Positions 20,307 to 30,623 of a stretch of 64,000 nucleotides of DNA are shown here, one piece after another. The stretch is from positions 30,747 to 94,746 of the forward strand of contig CAYPCQ010000012.1 of NCBI GenBank assembly GCA_964409245.1, written 5' to 3'. The translations under genes and the position numbers were made by a program. Under the pieces are notes generated by a model. It saw only the letters and a list, made by a program, of their open reading frames with translations. It was not told the origin of the DNA and made no database searches. The stretch comes from an uncultured Verrucomicrobiota bacterium. GTDB lineage: Bacteria > Verrucomicrobiota > Verrucomicrobiia > Limisphaerales > UBA1319. How positions within the stretch are numbered: the stretch's first letter is position 1; every line of letters starts with the position of its first letter.

Positions 20307-20570
20307 ATGGACGTGGCACGAATCAATGCGGCCGGTGCGGCGAAATCCGCGGCGCTGGAGACCGCCAAAGGCCCCCGGGCGAAGGCAGCTGCCCAGGAAC
20401 CGATGGCCGATTTCAACCAGTCCAGCCAGCTGCGCGAACTGGCCAAGGCGGAGCCCGAGGTGCGGGCCGACCGGGTGGCGCGCGCCCGCGAGCTGATCCA
20501 AAGCTCCGAATATCCCCCGCGCAACCTGATGGACCAGGTCGCCGGATTGCTGGCCCGCAAGCTCTCGTAA
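20307..20570 (+). CDS. flgM: Anti-sigma-28 factor FlgM-like protein
   Basis: 87 aa starting at the internal ATG. The C-terminal VRADRVARARELIQSSEYPPRNLMDQVAGLLARKL matches the FlgM sigma-binding region. Confidence 0.55.
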   Translation: MDVARINAAGAAKSAALETAKGPRAKAAAQEPMADFNQSSQLRELAKAEPEVRADRVARARELIQSSEYPPRNLMDQVAGLLARKLS

Positions 20571-20682
20571 ACGATCTGCTTGAATTCCCTCCGCAGGCAC
20601 TTTCCCGGCCCCCGGCGCGCGCCGCTGAACCGCTGGTTCCTGGCCGTCCGGAGAAGCCATCCAACCTGAACTCTTTCCCCTC

Positions 20683-21081
20683 ATGGAAACACCCCTGGAG
20701 ATCCGCATCGATAAATGGCTCTGGTCCGTCCGGGTTTACAAAACCCGTTCCCAGGCCACCGCCGCCTGCCGGGGCGGGGCGGTGGAGATTGGCGGCCAAA
20801 AAGTAAAACCCTCCCACGTGGCGCGCCCCCTGCAGATCATCACCGCCCGGGTGGGCGGCCTCTTGCGCACCGTGAAGGTCCTGGGCTTGCTGGACCGCCG
20901 GGTGAGCGCGGCGGTGGCCAGGGAGTATTGTGAGGATTTGACCCCCGCCGCGGAATACCTCAAGCCCAGGGAACCCGACTTCCGCCCCCTGATGTTCCGG
21001 ACCAAAGGCTTGGGGCGGCCCACCAAAAGAGACCGCCGTGAAATCGAACGCACCCTGGACTCGGTGGAGCAGCAATCCTGA
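20683..21081 (+). CDS. hslR: S4-domain RNA-binding protein (Hsp15/HslR-like)
   Basis: IRIDKWLWSVRVYKTRSQATAACRGGAVEIGGQKVKPS is the S4 alpha-L motif. Basic tail. Confidence 0.7.
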   Translation: METPLEIRIDKWLWSVRVYKTRSQATAACRGGAVEIGGQKVKPSHVARPLQIITARVGGLLRTVKVLGLLDRRVSAAVAREYCEDLTPAAEYLKPREPDFRPLMFRTKGLGRPTKRDRREIERTLDSVEQQS

Positions 21082-21152
21082 ACGCAGCCGGGGCGCGGAT
21101 CACCAGCCCTTGACTGGATCGTGAAACACCAAACCCGTGGGGAACCGAAACC

Positions 21153-21566
21153 GTGGCCGGCCCGATGAATGAGGAATGGGAAAGCCTGAGCCGGGAGGAT
21201 TGGCAATGGCTGCTGAAGCGGGCCAAAAGGGAGGTGGATGCCACGCTCAAAGCCCTGCCTGCCGCCCTCAAAGAACGGGCGCAATCGGCGGCCATCACCT
21301 ACGACTCCCTTCCCGACGACGCCATGGTGGAGGATGGCATCGAGCTGGACACCCTGGGGCTCTTCGTGGGCGACGCCTGGCCCGACGAAAACCTGGCCGG
21401 CCAGCCGATGCCCCCCCAGATCATCCTTTTCCTGGAAAACCTTTGGGACCAGGCCGAGGGGGACGAAGCCATTTACGCGGAGGAAATCCGGCGCACCCTG
21501 CTGCATGAGCTGGGCCATTACCTCGGGCTGGATGAATTGGATCTCGAGGGCCGGGGCCTGGAATAG
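21153..21566 (+). CDS. Small zinicin-like metallopeptidase family protein
   Basis: The C-terminal LLHELGHYLGLDE carries an HExxH motif. Its size and layout match the metallopeptidase family protein class. Confidence 0.6.
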   Translation: MAGPMNEEWESLSREDWQWLLKRAKREVDATLKALPAALKERAQSAAITYDSLPDDAMVEDGIELDTLGLFVGDAWPDENLAGQPMPPQIILFLENLWDQAEGDEAIYAEEIRRTLLHELGHYLGLDELDLEGRGLE

Positions 21567-21611
21567 TTTGGGCTTTCAACCCGGGGCCGCCCCGAATACA
21601 TTCCCCGCGGC

Positions 21612-22445
21612 ATGAATGACCAGTTGGCCGCCAACCCGGCGCTTAGTTTATTGACCACCGTTTACCGCAAATTCCTCGAGGTGCGGCCCGGGGAACATCG
21701 GATTTGGTGCCAGCTGGGCGTGGCCTTGACCCGCCAGAAACGCGCCGAGGACGCCACCCGGGCCTTTGCCGAAGCCAGGAAGCATTCCCCATCGGAGGCC
21801 TGGACCCACTATTTCCGCAGCGTGGAATGCTTTTTTGCGGACCGCATGGGGGAGGCGATCGCAGAACAGCAAAAGGCCAAGCGCCTTTGCCCGGGCGAAC
21901 TCACCGAGCGGGAATGGAGCGAGCTGAACCTCGCCTTTTCCCGCCAGGGCACCTGGGGCGAGATTGCCACGGTCTGCCGGCAGCTGGTGGAATTGTCCCC
22001 GAAGCTCATCGCCGCCTGGCGCTGGCTGGCGGACGCCCTGGCCGCCGAGGGCGCGCATGCGGAATCCGAGCAAGCCTGGAAACGGCTCGCGGCGCTTTGC
22101 CCGGAGGACGCCGACCCCTGGCGGAAGCTCGCCAGCCTTTACGCCGCCCAAAACGAACCCAAAAAGCAGATCGACGCCCTGCAGCGCTACCTGGAGGGGC
22201 AGCCCGAGGATGTCAATGAGTGGTGCAACCTGGGCGCCATCCTCGGCTGGCAGGGCCAATTCCCGGAAAGCATCCACGCCTACCAGCAAGCGCTCGCCAT
22301 CGAGCCGGAAAACGCCGATACGTGGGGCAAGCTGGCCGCCGCCTTCGCCAAAGCGGGCGACCGCAGCCGCGAACTCGAAGCCTACCGCCGCCTCCAGGAA
22401 CTCCAGCCCGCCCCCCGCCCCGCCACGCAGCTGTCGTTGTTTTAA
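21612..22445 (+). CDS. TPR repeat protein
   Basis: Repeated W..LG.......A..A...AL...P helices. Confidence 0.6.
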   Translation: MNDQLAANPALSLLTTVYRKFLEVRPGEHRIWCQLGVALTRQKRAEDATRAFAEARKHSPSEAWTHYFRSVECFFADRMGEAIAEQQKAKRLCPGELTEREWSELNLAFSRQGTWGEIATVCRQLVELSPKLIAAWRWLADALAAEGAHAESEQAWKRLAALCPEDADPWRKLASLYAAQNEPKKQIDALQRYLEGQPEDVNEWCNLGAILGWQGQFPESIHAYQQALAIEPENADTWGKLAAAFAKAGDRSRELEAYRRLQELQPAPRPATQLSLF

Positions 22446-22645
22446 AGAAAAATGCCCCGCACCACCAGCGATGCGGAGCATTTCCAATATCCCAAGTTTC
22501 CCGGCGTTGGCTGCCCGGTGCAGTAAATGCCGGGGAAACCTGGTATGAGTTCCGCTTTTCTATGCCAGATCAGCGGCTGGAATTGGCCTTCCTGTTCTCC
22601 AAAGAGCGTATTGAAACCCTGTTCCGGCTGCCGCTGCTCCCTCAC

Positions 22646-23191
22646 TCAGGAACTGGCGCCCTTGAACTCGCCCGCTTTGTCCTTGAAGAGCAGGTTGAAC
22701 GTGGTCATGGAGCCGTAGCAGCGGCTGATATACTGCTGCAGCTCGACCTTGTCGGTGTCGCTCAGTTGCGGATGGGCGTTGATCTTCTGCTCCAGGACGC
22801 GGAACTGGTTGCGCATCATGACGATCTTATGGAAGAACACCTCCAGCGGAACCTCCTTGGTCTGGAGGGTGGGGTCGGCCGGGTGCAATACCATTTTGCC
22901 CCGGTGCCAGCGGACCCCCAGTTGCTCCACGACGGCGTCCGGTTTTTCCCAGCCCAGGCGGTCCACAAAGGACTGCACGGTCTGGTGGATCAATTGGGAC
23001 AGCGGCATGGTGAGCCCCGCCAGGTCCGCGACCGGCTCCGCCGGCCGCAGGCCGCTGGAGCCTGGCTCGATGGTGCGGAGGCCCTCGTCAAACCGGATGT
23101 CTGCGGTGTGTTCGTTCAAGGTTTTTACAATCCCATCGCCATACTGGGGATGGTTTACTTTCATGCCGATGTGCAACGCTTCGATTGTCAT
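22646..23191 (-). CDS. Hypothetical protein with an N-terminal small beta-barrel (HPxYGxGxV) motif
   Basis: 181-aa ORF with good coding periodicity. [16 protein letters not shown] resembles the tudor-like C-terminal barrels of UvrD/PcrA-associated proteins. The rest is unassigned. Confidence 0.4.
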   Translation of the reverse strand: MTIEALHIGMKVNHPQYGDGIVKTLNEHTADIRFDEGLRTIEPGSSGLRPAEPVADLAGLTMPLSQLIHQTVQSFVDRLGWEKPDAVVEQLGVRWHRGKMVLHPADPTLQTKEVPLEVFFHKIVMMRNQFRVLEQKINAHPQLSDTDKVELQQYISRCYGSMTTFNLLFKDKAGEFKGASS

Positions 23192-23259
23192 ATCTTATGG
23201 CCTTCGCCAATGGATGTTCAGTTTATTGGTCCGCATTATTATTCCGCCGGGGCCGGGAA

Positions 23260-25305
23260 TCACGGATGGCTCCGCCGCACTCCGACCGTCGTCAGGTCGA
23301 TGGGCTGGAAACCCAGCTTGAAGGCTGGCGACTCTGGCTTGAGCGAAAAATCGTTCTGCGCCGGGTCCACAAAGAGCGGATCGGCCACCAGGGAATCGGC
23401 ATCCTGGCCAGCCTGGCGCCAGGCGGCCCAGGATTTGCCGTCCAGCTTCAGGGTATCGGGCCCTTGCCCGGGGCGGGCATCAAAGTAGAGGTTGGAGCGC
23501 ATCCGGTAGTGGTCGCCGGACCAGTTGGAGCCCAGGAGGCTGCCGGAGTCGAAATAGACGAGGTTGCGCTCGAAAGTGAAGGACAAGTGGGCTTCGGCCC
23601 GGGTGCGCATGAGCTGGTGCTCGCGGCCCAGGGCGAAGATGTTGTTGCGCACCAGGTTTTCGCGGCCGTAGTGCTGGTGGAAACCGGCGCTCTTGGTGCG
23701 GTAAACCACGTTGTTCTCGATGAGGAGATCGGTGCTGCCTTCGTCGGGGTAGATGCCCCAGCCGCCATAGGTGAAGGCGCTGACGTCGTGGATCAGGTTG
23801 TTGCGGATGACGGTGCCGCGCTGGATGCCCAGGGTGTAAATGGCGCCCATGTCGCTCAAGATCCCCTGGCCGATGTCGTGCAGGTGGTTGAACTCGATGC
23901 GGTTCTCCCGGCAGGGGGTTTCCTGGTAGCCCCAGTTCCAGCCCACCGAAATGGCGGTGTAGAAGAGGTCGTGGATATGGTTGTGGGCGATCCGATTCCG
24001 GCCGCTTTGCAGCACCAGCACGCCGATGGCGGGGGTGTAGATCCGCCCGAGCCGGTGGATTTCATTGTCCACGATTTCATGGCCGTGGTTCATTTCGAAG
24101 GGGGAGGTGCGGATGGCGGTTTCGCCCACGCGCACGCCGCCGCCGCCCAGGTCGGTCATTTCGTTGCCGGCCACTTTGAAGCGCTGGCAGCCTTTGGCCA
24201 ATTCGAGGGCGTAGCCGCCGAGATGCTCGAACCGGCAATATTCGATGGCGCAATCCACAGCGCCCTCGGCAAGGACATCGCCGCGGATGTCGATGGCGGC
24301 CTGGGTATCGGCGTAGCCGGTGGCGGCCAATTCCCAATCGCTATGGGCGAAGGTGAGCCCGCGCAGGGTGACGAACTCGACCGGTTTCTGGCCGGCGAAA
24401 TCGCCCGCGAACCGGCACAGCTCCGTCAGGCGCGGGGCGATGACGGCCAGGCGGTTGGGATCGGCCCCGGGCTGGCCCCACCAGGTCAGCACCCCGGTTT
24501 TGCGGTCGAGGTGCCATTCGCCGGGGGTGTCCAGCAGCCCGGGCGCATTCTCCACATAGTATTGCGCGTTGTCCTCGCGGTTGGAGGGCTTGGGATCGCC
24601 GGAAAGCACGGCCACGCGGCTATCCTCATCCACCGAGCGGATGAACAGCCGGAAATCGGCCCAGGCCAGGTTGGCAACCACCTCCACATCGCCCAGGGCG
24701 GCCCAGGCCTTGTCGATGTCCCCCGCCCGGTATTTGAGCTTCACCGGGTGATCCTGCGGGCTGGCTCCCTGGATGCGGAAAAACCCCTGGTTGGGGGTGC
24801 GGGCGCGCTGCTGGCGCTGGCCATCCACGAACAGCTGGCGGAAATACCATTGGCCGGAACGCACCTCGGGGACTTCTGTGCGCCAGACCCCGGGACGATC
24901 CGCCACGGGGGTCCAGCCGGTGATCCGGCGGCCGCCGCTGAACACCGGTTTTTCGTGCCTGTTCGCCGTGACCACCAAGGGCGCGGCGGCGCCGCAGCCG
25001 GAATCGGCCGGGGTGAAGACCAGGGGCTGGCTCAACTCATAGAGGCCGCCGCGCACCTTGATCTGCGCCGCCAGGAACTCGGCGCCGGCCGCCTGCCGGG
25101 CCTTGCGGACGGCGGCCAGCGCGGCGGGCAGGGTGGCGAGGGGCCCATCCTGGCCATCCGCCGCAGGCTCAGCCAGCAAACCCTGCCAGGCATCGTTGCC
25201 GTTGGTGGCCACATACAGGGTCAGATCCTTGCCTTGAGCCAGGGCCGCCATTAGCAGCACACCGCTGAGGCAAAGTGGATAAATCCGGTTCTTTAACGAT
25301 TTCAT
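23260..25305 (-). CDS. Secreted right-handed parallel beta-helix repeat protein (pectate-lyase fold)
   Basis: Signal peptide. LYVATNGNDAWQG start. Repeated NN.I......G.Y coils. Confidence 0.7.
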   Translation of the reverse strand: MKSLKNRIYPLCLSGVLLMAALAQGKDLTLYVATNGNDAWQGLLAEPAADGQDGPLATLPAALAAVRKARQAAGAEFLAAQIKVRGGLYELSQPLVFTPADSGCGAAAPLVVTANRHEKPVFSGGRRITGWTPVADRPGVWRTEVPEVRSGQWYFRQLFVDGQRQQRARTPNQGFFRIQGASPQDHPVKLKYRAGDIDKAWAALGDVEVVANLAWADFRLFIRSVDEDSRVAVLSGDPKPSNREDNAQYYVENAPGLLDTPGEWHLDRKTGVLTWWGQPGADPNRLAVIAPRLTELCRFAGDFAGQKPVEFVTLRGLTFAHSDWELAATGYADTQAAIDIRGDVLAEGAVDCAIEYCRFEHLGGYALELAKGCQRFKVAGNEMTDLGGGGVRVGETAIRTSPFEMNHGHEIVDNEIHRLGRIYTPAIGVLVLQSGRNRIAHNHIHDLFYTAISVGWNWGYQETPCRENRIEFNHLHDIGQGILSDMGAIYTLGIQRGTVIRNNLIHDVSAFTYGGWGIYPDEGSTDLLIENNVVYRTKSAGFHQHYGRENLVRNNIFALGREHQLMRTRAEAHLSFTFERNLVYFDSGSLLGSNWSGDHYRMRSNLYFDARPGQGPDTLKLDGKSWAAWRQAGQDADSLVADPLFVDPAQNDFSLKPESPAFKLGFQPIDLTTVGVRRSHP

Positions 25306-25336
25306 GCCCCCAACAAAGACACAATTCGCCGGGGCG

Positions 25337-26335
25337 TCAAACTAAAACCGCTCCGGGCGCGCCCAAGGCCGGCTGCCCGCTGCCCGGGCAAGCCGGGCAA
25401 GGGACCCGGGGCAGGATCCGCTGCTGGAGGTTCATGGCCGCCAGGCGCCCGGTGCGGGCCGCCAGGCAGGAGGGGCAGGCCGCGAACGGGGCCAGATCCC
25501 AGGTGTCGGCAAAAACCCGTCCGCGGCGCAGTTCCAGGCCGGCCGCCAGCGCCCGCTCGAGCGTGGACAGTTGTGGCGGAGCAAACTCCCCGGCGGCCAG
25601 CAGCCGGTCCAGCGCGCCGTTCCCCGGGCGGGTGGGGATGAGCGACACCACCGAAGCGCCACTGTCAAAGGCAAACCGGGCCGAGGCCGCCGCCCACTCC
25701 ACCGCCTCGCCTTCGGCCATGAACGGCGGCTGCACCAGGACAAAGGCCCGCACCGAAATCCCCTTCCGGACCAGGCTTTCCGCCGCCCGGGCAAAATGGC
25801 CGGGGTCCATCCTTTTGTTCAGCTTGGGCAGCACTTGGGGGTGGATCGTCTCCAGCCCCATGGCCACCTCCAGGGAACCGGCGAGCAGATCCCGGAAACG
25901 CCAGGTTTTGGGCCCCACCAGGCGGGGATGCGACTCCACCACCACGTGGCTGGCGAAGGCGGTGGCGCGGGCGATCGCCGGGTAATCGGCCTCGGGGATG
26001 GCGGCGGGATCGAAAAAGCTGCCGCTGTTATAGAGCTTGAGCTGGGCGGGCTGGCCAGCGAGCTGGCCGAGGGCGTAATCGATCTGGCGCACAATGGCGC
26101 CGGGGGGAACCGCCTGCGCGGTGGTGTGCCGCCAGAGGTCGCACATCAAACAGCGCCAGGGGCATTCCTTGTTGGTCAGCAGGATGACGGCCGACTGGAC
26201 AGCCTGGCCGGCGGCGGCGCGTTCGTTTTCGAGAAACCAGGCCCGGGGCCGGTCCGGATCGACCGGCTCCCGGGCTGGCCGCTGCGCGAGGATCCAGGCG
26301 CCGCGGCCCTGGTCCGGATAGATGGAACTTGCCAC
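25337..26335 (-). CDS. Radical SAM protein
   Basis: Cluster motif LTNKECPWRCLMCDLW (CxxxCxxC). GGE-like LYNSGSFFD. TIM-barrel length. Confidence 0.7.
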   Translation of the reverse strand: MASSIYPDQGRGAWILAQRPAREPVDPDRPRAWFLENERAAAGQAVQSAVILLTNKECPWRCLMCDLWRHTTAQAVPPGAIVRQIDYALGQLAGQPAQLKLYNSGSFFDPAAIPEADYPAIARATAFASHVVVESHPRLVGPKTWRFRDLLAGSLEVAMGLETIHPQVLPKLNKRMDPGHFARAAESLVRKGISVRAFVLVQPPFMAEGEAVEWAAASARFAFDSGASVVSLIPTRPGNGALDRLLAAGEFAPPQLSTLERALAAGLELRRGRVFADTWDLAPFAACPSCLAARTGRLAAMNLQQRILPRVPCPACPGSGQPALGAPGAVLV

Positions 26336-26379
26336 CGCTGGCTCCTCCTTTGGGACAGCGAATCCGCCGGGGTGCAGGA

Positions 26380-27702
26380 TCAGCTATACAGGCCCAGGAA
26401 TTGCTTGCGGTATTCGATTTCGCGGCCGGGCAGGCGCTGGCGCAGGCTCTCCACCGGCAGCGCGCCATGCTGGAAGCGGCGCTTGGGGAAGACCGGCATC
26501 TCCAGCCCGGTGATGGCTTTCACGCCGCGGGCCACGATCTCTCCTTTGAGCGCGTAAAGCTGGTCCACCTGCATGGCGGTGAGGCTGGCAAAGGGGATGC
26601 CCTCGGCCTGCTCCACCACGCGGGGCCGCGTGAACGGGCTGAAGCTGTCGAAACCGAAATGGCGGGCGGGGGCATAAGACCGGGTGCAGGCGCGGCTGAA
26701 CCCGCCGGAATACGTCAGCGAGTGCTTGATGGTCCCCAGGCCCCAGCCTTCCTGGTACAGCATGCGGTTATTCACCACGCTCCGGATGGTCAGCTCGGGA
26801 TTTTCCTCGATCGGATAATCCTTCAGGTTTTCGTCGCCGCCGTCGCCATCGACCAGATGTTTCCAGCCCGGGTATTGGCGGCGGATGCCCTGGCAGAGGG
26901 CCAGGGCCATCGTGGCGGACTCGACATCCAGGGCCTTGTAATCCTCCACGATGCGGATCGTGTCGAGCACATTCAGAGCGTCCGGTTTGGCCTGGATCGG
27001 TTCCAGGAACAGGCCCAGCCCGAGCTGCTCCAGGAAGGTGCGCGCCTGGGCCAGGTCCGGCCCGTTCTCAATGGAGAGGGTGAAGGCCTTCAGCCGGGAG
27101 GGGCTCAGGCCTAATTTCAGAAGGCGGTGATAGGCAACCAGGAATACCGCCCCGCTGTCGATGCCGCCGGAAAAGCAGACGCCGATCGGCTCGTCCGCCG
27201 GCAGGGCACGCAGCCATTGGTCGATCTCCCGGTCCAAGGCGCCAATGTAGCCGGCCCCCAGCTGGTCCAGATCCCCGGTGAAAACATCCCGGGCGGGGGT
27301 GAAGAACCGTTCGTAAACCGGGTCCGGGTCCGGACAGCCGACCAGGTGGATTTGCACGACGTAATGGGCCGGGACCATGCGGGTGTAATTGGGCTGGAAC
27401 TGGGCTTCGAAGCCTTCAGCCTTCAGCCAGTCCGCAATGGCGTCAATGCGGTTGGCCACCACCAGGGCGGGCCCCTCGTGCCGCTTGGCCAGGAAATACC
27501 GCAACGGCCGGTCCAGCGATCGTGCGAGCCGGACGACTTTATCTTCCTGGGCGGCGAGGGCAAAGGAGCCTTCGATATCGCGGACCGCCTGCGCCGGCTG
27601 GCGCAGCAGCAGGGCGCGCGCCTCATCCGCCGTCATATTCAGAATCCGGTTGGACGCCGGATCGGTGAGATCCACCACTTTTGCGAGGTATTGTGTATTC
27701 AT
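26380..27702 (-). CDS. Asparagine-synthetase-like ATP pyrophosphatase lacking the N-terminal Cys nucleophile
   Basis: Start at the internal ATG 27702 (MNTQYLAK...). PP-loop CFSGGIDSGAVFL. There is no MCG glutaminase nucleophile. Lies 44 nt upstream of the radical SAM gene. Confidence 0.65.
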   Translation of the reverse strand: MNTQYLAKVVDLTDPASNRILNMTADEARALLLRQPAQAVRDIEGSFALAAQEDKVVRLARSLDRPLRYFLAKRHEGPALVVANRIDAIADWLKAEGFEAQFQPNYTRMVPAHYVVQIHLVGCPDPDPVYERFFTPARDVFTGDLDQLGAGYIGALDREIDQWLRALPADEPIGVCFSGGIDSGAVFLVAYHRLLKLGLSPSRLKAFTLSIENGPDLAQARTFLEQLGLGLFLEPIQAKPDALNVLDTIRIVEDYKALDVESATMALALCQGIRRQYPGWKHLVDGDGGDENLKDYPIEENPELTIRSVVNNRMLYQEGWGLGTIKHSLTYSGGFSRACTRSYAPARHFGFDSFSPFTRPRVVEQAEGIPFASLTAMQVDQLYALKGEIVARGVKAITGLEMPVFPKRRFQHGALPVESLRQRLPGREIEYRKQFLGLYS

Positions 27703-27806
27703 CGCCGGGAACTTACCCGGATGGGCCGCGGGGGTGAAGCGGAAAGTGGCGGCGCCATGGCCGGCGCCGTTGGTGATCAACACCCTGCCCAACGAGTGCC
27801 AGACGC

Positions 27807-30473
27807 TCAAAACCGGTAAAGCCGGTCCACCACCCGGGGATCCTCTTTCAGGGCCGGATTGACAATCACGACCGGCTCTGTGACGAGGGCTTCGGCCAGG
27901 GCGGCTGGGGCTGGGGCGTTCCCAGATGGGCGGGCGCTCCAGGCGAGGTCGAACTGGAATTCCATGATCCCGGGGCTGTCGGCGCGGAAGTTGGTGTACC
28001 AGACATTGTTGTAAACCATGGCGTTCAAGCGGCCCGGGCTGGCCGGGGCGGAATTGATGCGGGCCAGCGGACGGGGTTCGCCCAGGCTGACCAGGGGAGC
28101 ATCGCGGCTGACCCACAGCCAGCGGCCAGCGTCCGCCAGGTATTCGGCCCAGCCATCAATGGCGAAATAATCGCGGCAGGTATTGGGCAACTGATCGGCG
28201 AAGGGCGTGAAGGGCTGGCCGCCGGAGCTGAACCGGGGCAGCGTGTTGGTGCAGGGCAGCGGGAAACTGACAAAGGTGACTTCCGGCAGGAAGGACGATT
28301 GCCGGTTCATCCGGAGCGTCAGCCGTGCCCGGGCATCCTGTTTCCAGATCTCCAGCCGGCGGGTGGCCCATTCATAGCCGGGCACGGCCAGCGGCTGGGT
28401 GAAGGCGATGGTGTGCGGGTTTTCTTCACGCTGGGCGGAGCCTTCCGGGCGCGAGGTGCGGCGGGGCAGGAGCTTCCGCAGTTGCGCATCCCGTTCCGGG
28501 CCGGCGGGCTGGCCCCAGAGGGAGCTTAAGGCGCTGCGGGGCGCGAAAGCCTCGCAACGGAAGACGCTCACCTCGCCCAGGCCCGCGCCGAACAACGGCT
28601 GATCCATGCCGGGCCAGCGCACGGCGGTGGGCCAGCCTTCCGGATCGCACTCCAGGGCGGGCGCCGGGGAGGCCGGCGGCTCGGGCGCCGCGGCGGCGGG
28701 GCTGAGGCGGAAATGGCGCGCCCCGTGGGCCGCCAGGTTGCTCACCCAGAAGCGGGCGGCCAGGCCGGGCACGTTGTCCGGGAAGGTGGACGACACATTT
28801 TCCCGGGTGAAATCGGACGGCTGGGTGGCCCGGCCCCAAGGCTGGATGGCCGGACGCAGCTGGAGGGGATGCAGGATGCCGGTGGCGGAATCCTGCAGCA
28901 CCAGCGCCTCGCTCCGCAGCGAATTGCGCGTCAAGGAAACCCAGCCGGTGTAGGGGGCATCCGCCGGATTCACCAGCCAGAGGCCTTCGCCGCCGGGGGT
29001 GAATTGGACCCGCGCGCGCCGGGCCAGGAGCCACTCGCTCAGGGCCATGGGGCGGTAGGCGAGCCGGGCCTTTTCATTGAATTGGCCGAGGGTGTCCAGG
29101 CTGTAAGGAAGGGCCACGCTCATGCTGGAGCCCCAGGTGTGTTCGTCGAACAGGCTCAGGTCGTGGTAGAGATCATCGAGGCGTTCCCGGGTGGCCGGAT
29201 CCAGGGCGCCCCACACGGGCGATTGGGCCGCGGCCAGGTTGCGTTTGGCCTGGCGGCTGGCAGCCACTTCCTGCGGGGCGGAGGCGGTGCCATTGGCCCA
29301 CCAATCGGTCCATTCGCCCTCGTATTCGGGCGCGTGGGCGCCCAGGGAGGCCTCCAGTTCCCGCATGGCGGTGGTCACAGTGGCCAGGCGCAGGCGGGGC
29401 TCCAGCCCCAGGCGATTCCAGGCGCTGACAAAGTCCGCCATCGGCAGGAAAGGCGGATCGTTGTCGAAGCGCCACTGGCTCGTGATGGAGATCGTCAGGA
29501 TGGCATTGGTGTAGCCGGCCTGCTCCACGTGGCGGACCTGGCTGAGGCACCGGGCATGGGCCTGCCGCAGGTAGGCTTCATCGGTGCGCAGGAAATCCCC
29601 GGCGCGGGGCGGGCGGTATTGGGTGTCCGCCGCGCGGGGCACCGGACCCCGGCGCCACTCGCCCGCCTCGAAAAAGTCGAAGCCGGATCCATAGCCGGTG
29701 TTCAGCCAGACGAACAGGCGGCGGCCATCCGGCATTTTCCACCAGAAGGCCGATGGCCTCCGGAACGGGACGCCGCCGCTGTCTTCGTTGATGCCGGTGA
29801 ACAGGTAGCGGATGCCGCGGTCCAGCAGGCGCATGGCGCCCGCCCGGGGGAGGCCGTTCACGTCATTTTGGATGGCCGTCTGCGGCTGCACCGCCGCCCA
29901 GAGATCCTCCGGCAGCCAGTGGAGCATGCGGTCCCATTGGTGGCGGTCGAGGAAGGGGGTGTTGTTGAAGGGCATGGCGGCCACCTCCAGCTGGCCGGCC
30001 CGCGCGGCGCGCAGGAATTGCCGCCGCCGTTCCGGGGGCGCCTGCCGCCACCAATCGGCCACCGGCACGGTGCTTTCGGCGGTCCAGCGGAATTTCCGGT
30101 CTTCCGGGCCATTCATGGTGGCCAGCGCCCCGTCCAAGGCCAGATCCAGGAAGCGGGGATAATACTCGCGGCACACGGACGGGTGGTCGGTAAAACCGAA
30201 ATCGGTGTGGGAAAAGTGCAGCAGCATGATTTCCCGCACCTGGCGGGTCTCGGCGGATGGCGCGGGCATGGGGGCCGCCATGGCCAGGCCCGCCGCCAGC
30301 AGCAGCCAGCCACAGCCGCCTGGAAGGGCGAAGCGTTTGGAGCGGGAGGCCTGGCGGGCGCGGCGATCAGCGGCGCCCGGGCTTTCCTCCCCGCAGCTTG
30401 AACACCGTTCAGCAGCCGCGCCATCCGGCCGCAGAAGACTATCATTTGGGAATAATTGCATAGGGCACATCAT
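27807..30473 (-). CDS. Large secreted glycoside-hydrolase-like protein (GH38-like N-terminal metal site)
   Basis: Signal-like N-terminus. LLHFSHTDFGFTDHP resembles the HxHxD metal motif of GH38 N-domains. 888 aa. The family assignment is tentative. Confidence 0.4.
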   Translation of the reverse strand: MMCPMQLFPNDSLLRPDGAAAERCSSCGEESPGAADRRARQASRSKRFALPGGCGWLLLAAGLAMAAPMPAPSAETRQVREIMLLHFSHTDFGFTDHPSVCREYYPRFLDLALDGALATMNGPEDRKFRWTAESTVPVADWWRQAPPERRRQFLRAARAGQLEVAAMPFNNTPFLDRHQWDRMLHWLPEDLWAAVQPQTAIQNDVNGLPRAGAMRLLDRGIRYLFTGINEDSGGVPFRRPSAFWWKMPDGRRLFVWLNTGYGSGFDFFEAGEWRRGPVPRAADTQYRPPRAGDFLRTDEAYLRQAHARCLSQVRHVEQAGYTNAILTISITSQWRFDNDPPFLPMADFVSAWNRLGLEPRLRLATVTTAMRELEASLGAHAPEYEGEWTDWWANGTASAPQEVAASRQAKRNLAAAQSPVWGALDPATRERLDDLYHDLSLFDEHTWGSSMSVALPYSLDTLGQFNEKARLAYRPMALSEWLLARRARVQFTPGGEGLWLVNPADAPYTGWVSLTRNSLRSEALVLQDSATGILHPLQLRPAIQPWGRATQPSDFTRENVSSTFPDNVPGLAARFWVSNLAAHGARHFRLSPAAAAPEPPASPAPALECDPEGWPTAVRWPGMDQPLFGAGLGEVSVFRCEAFAPRSALSSLWGQPAGPERDAQLRKLLPRRTSRPEGSAQREENPHTIAFTQPLAVPGYEWATRRLEIWKQDARARLTLRMNRQSSFLPEVTFVSFPLPCTNTLPRFSSGGQPFTPFADQLPNTCRDYFAIDGWAEYLADAGRWLWVSRDAPLVSLGEPRPLARINSAPASPGRLNAMVYNNVWYTNFRADSPGIMEFQFDLAWSARPSGNAPAPAALAEALVTEPVVIVNPALKEDPRVVDRLYRF

Positions 30474-30623
30474 ACGGCGCCGGGGCGTTCCTGGGAAATG
30501 TTTTTTGCCCTCTCAAACCGGAAAGCCAGGAAAATCCGGGGCGGGCGCCAACCGCCGGCCAGCCAGGGAAAAGACGGCGAAGTGCGGGATCGCACCCCTT
30601 CCCGCTGTCGTTTTTTATCCGGC

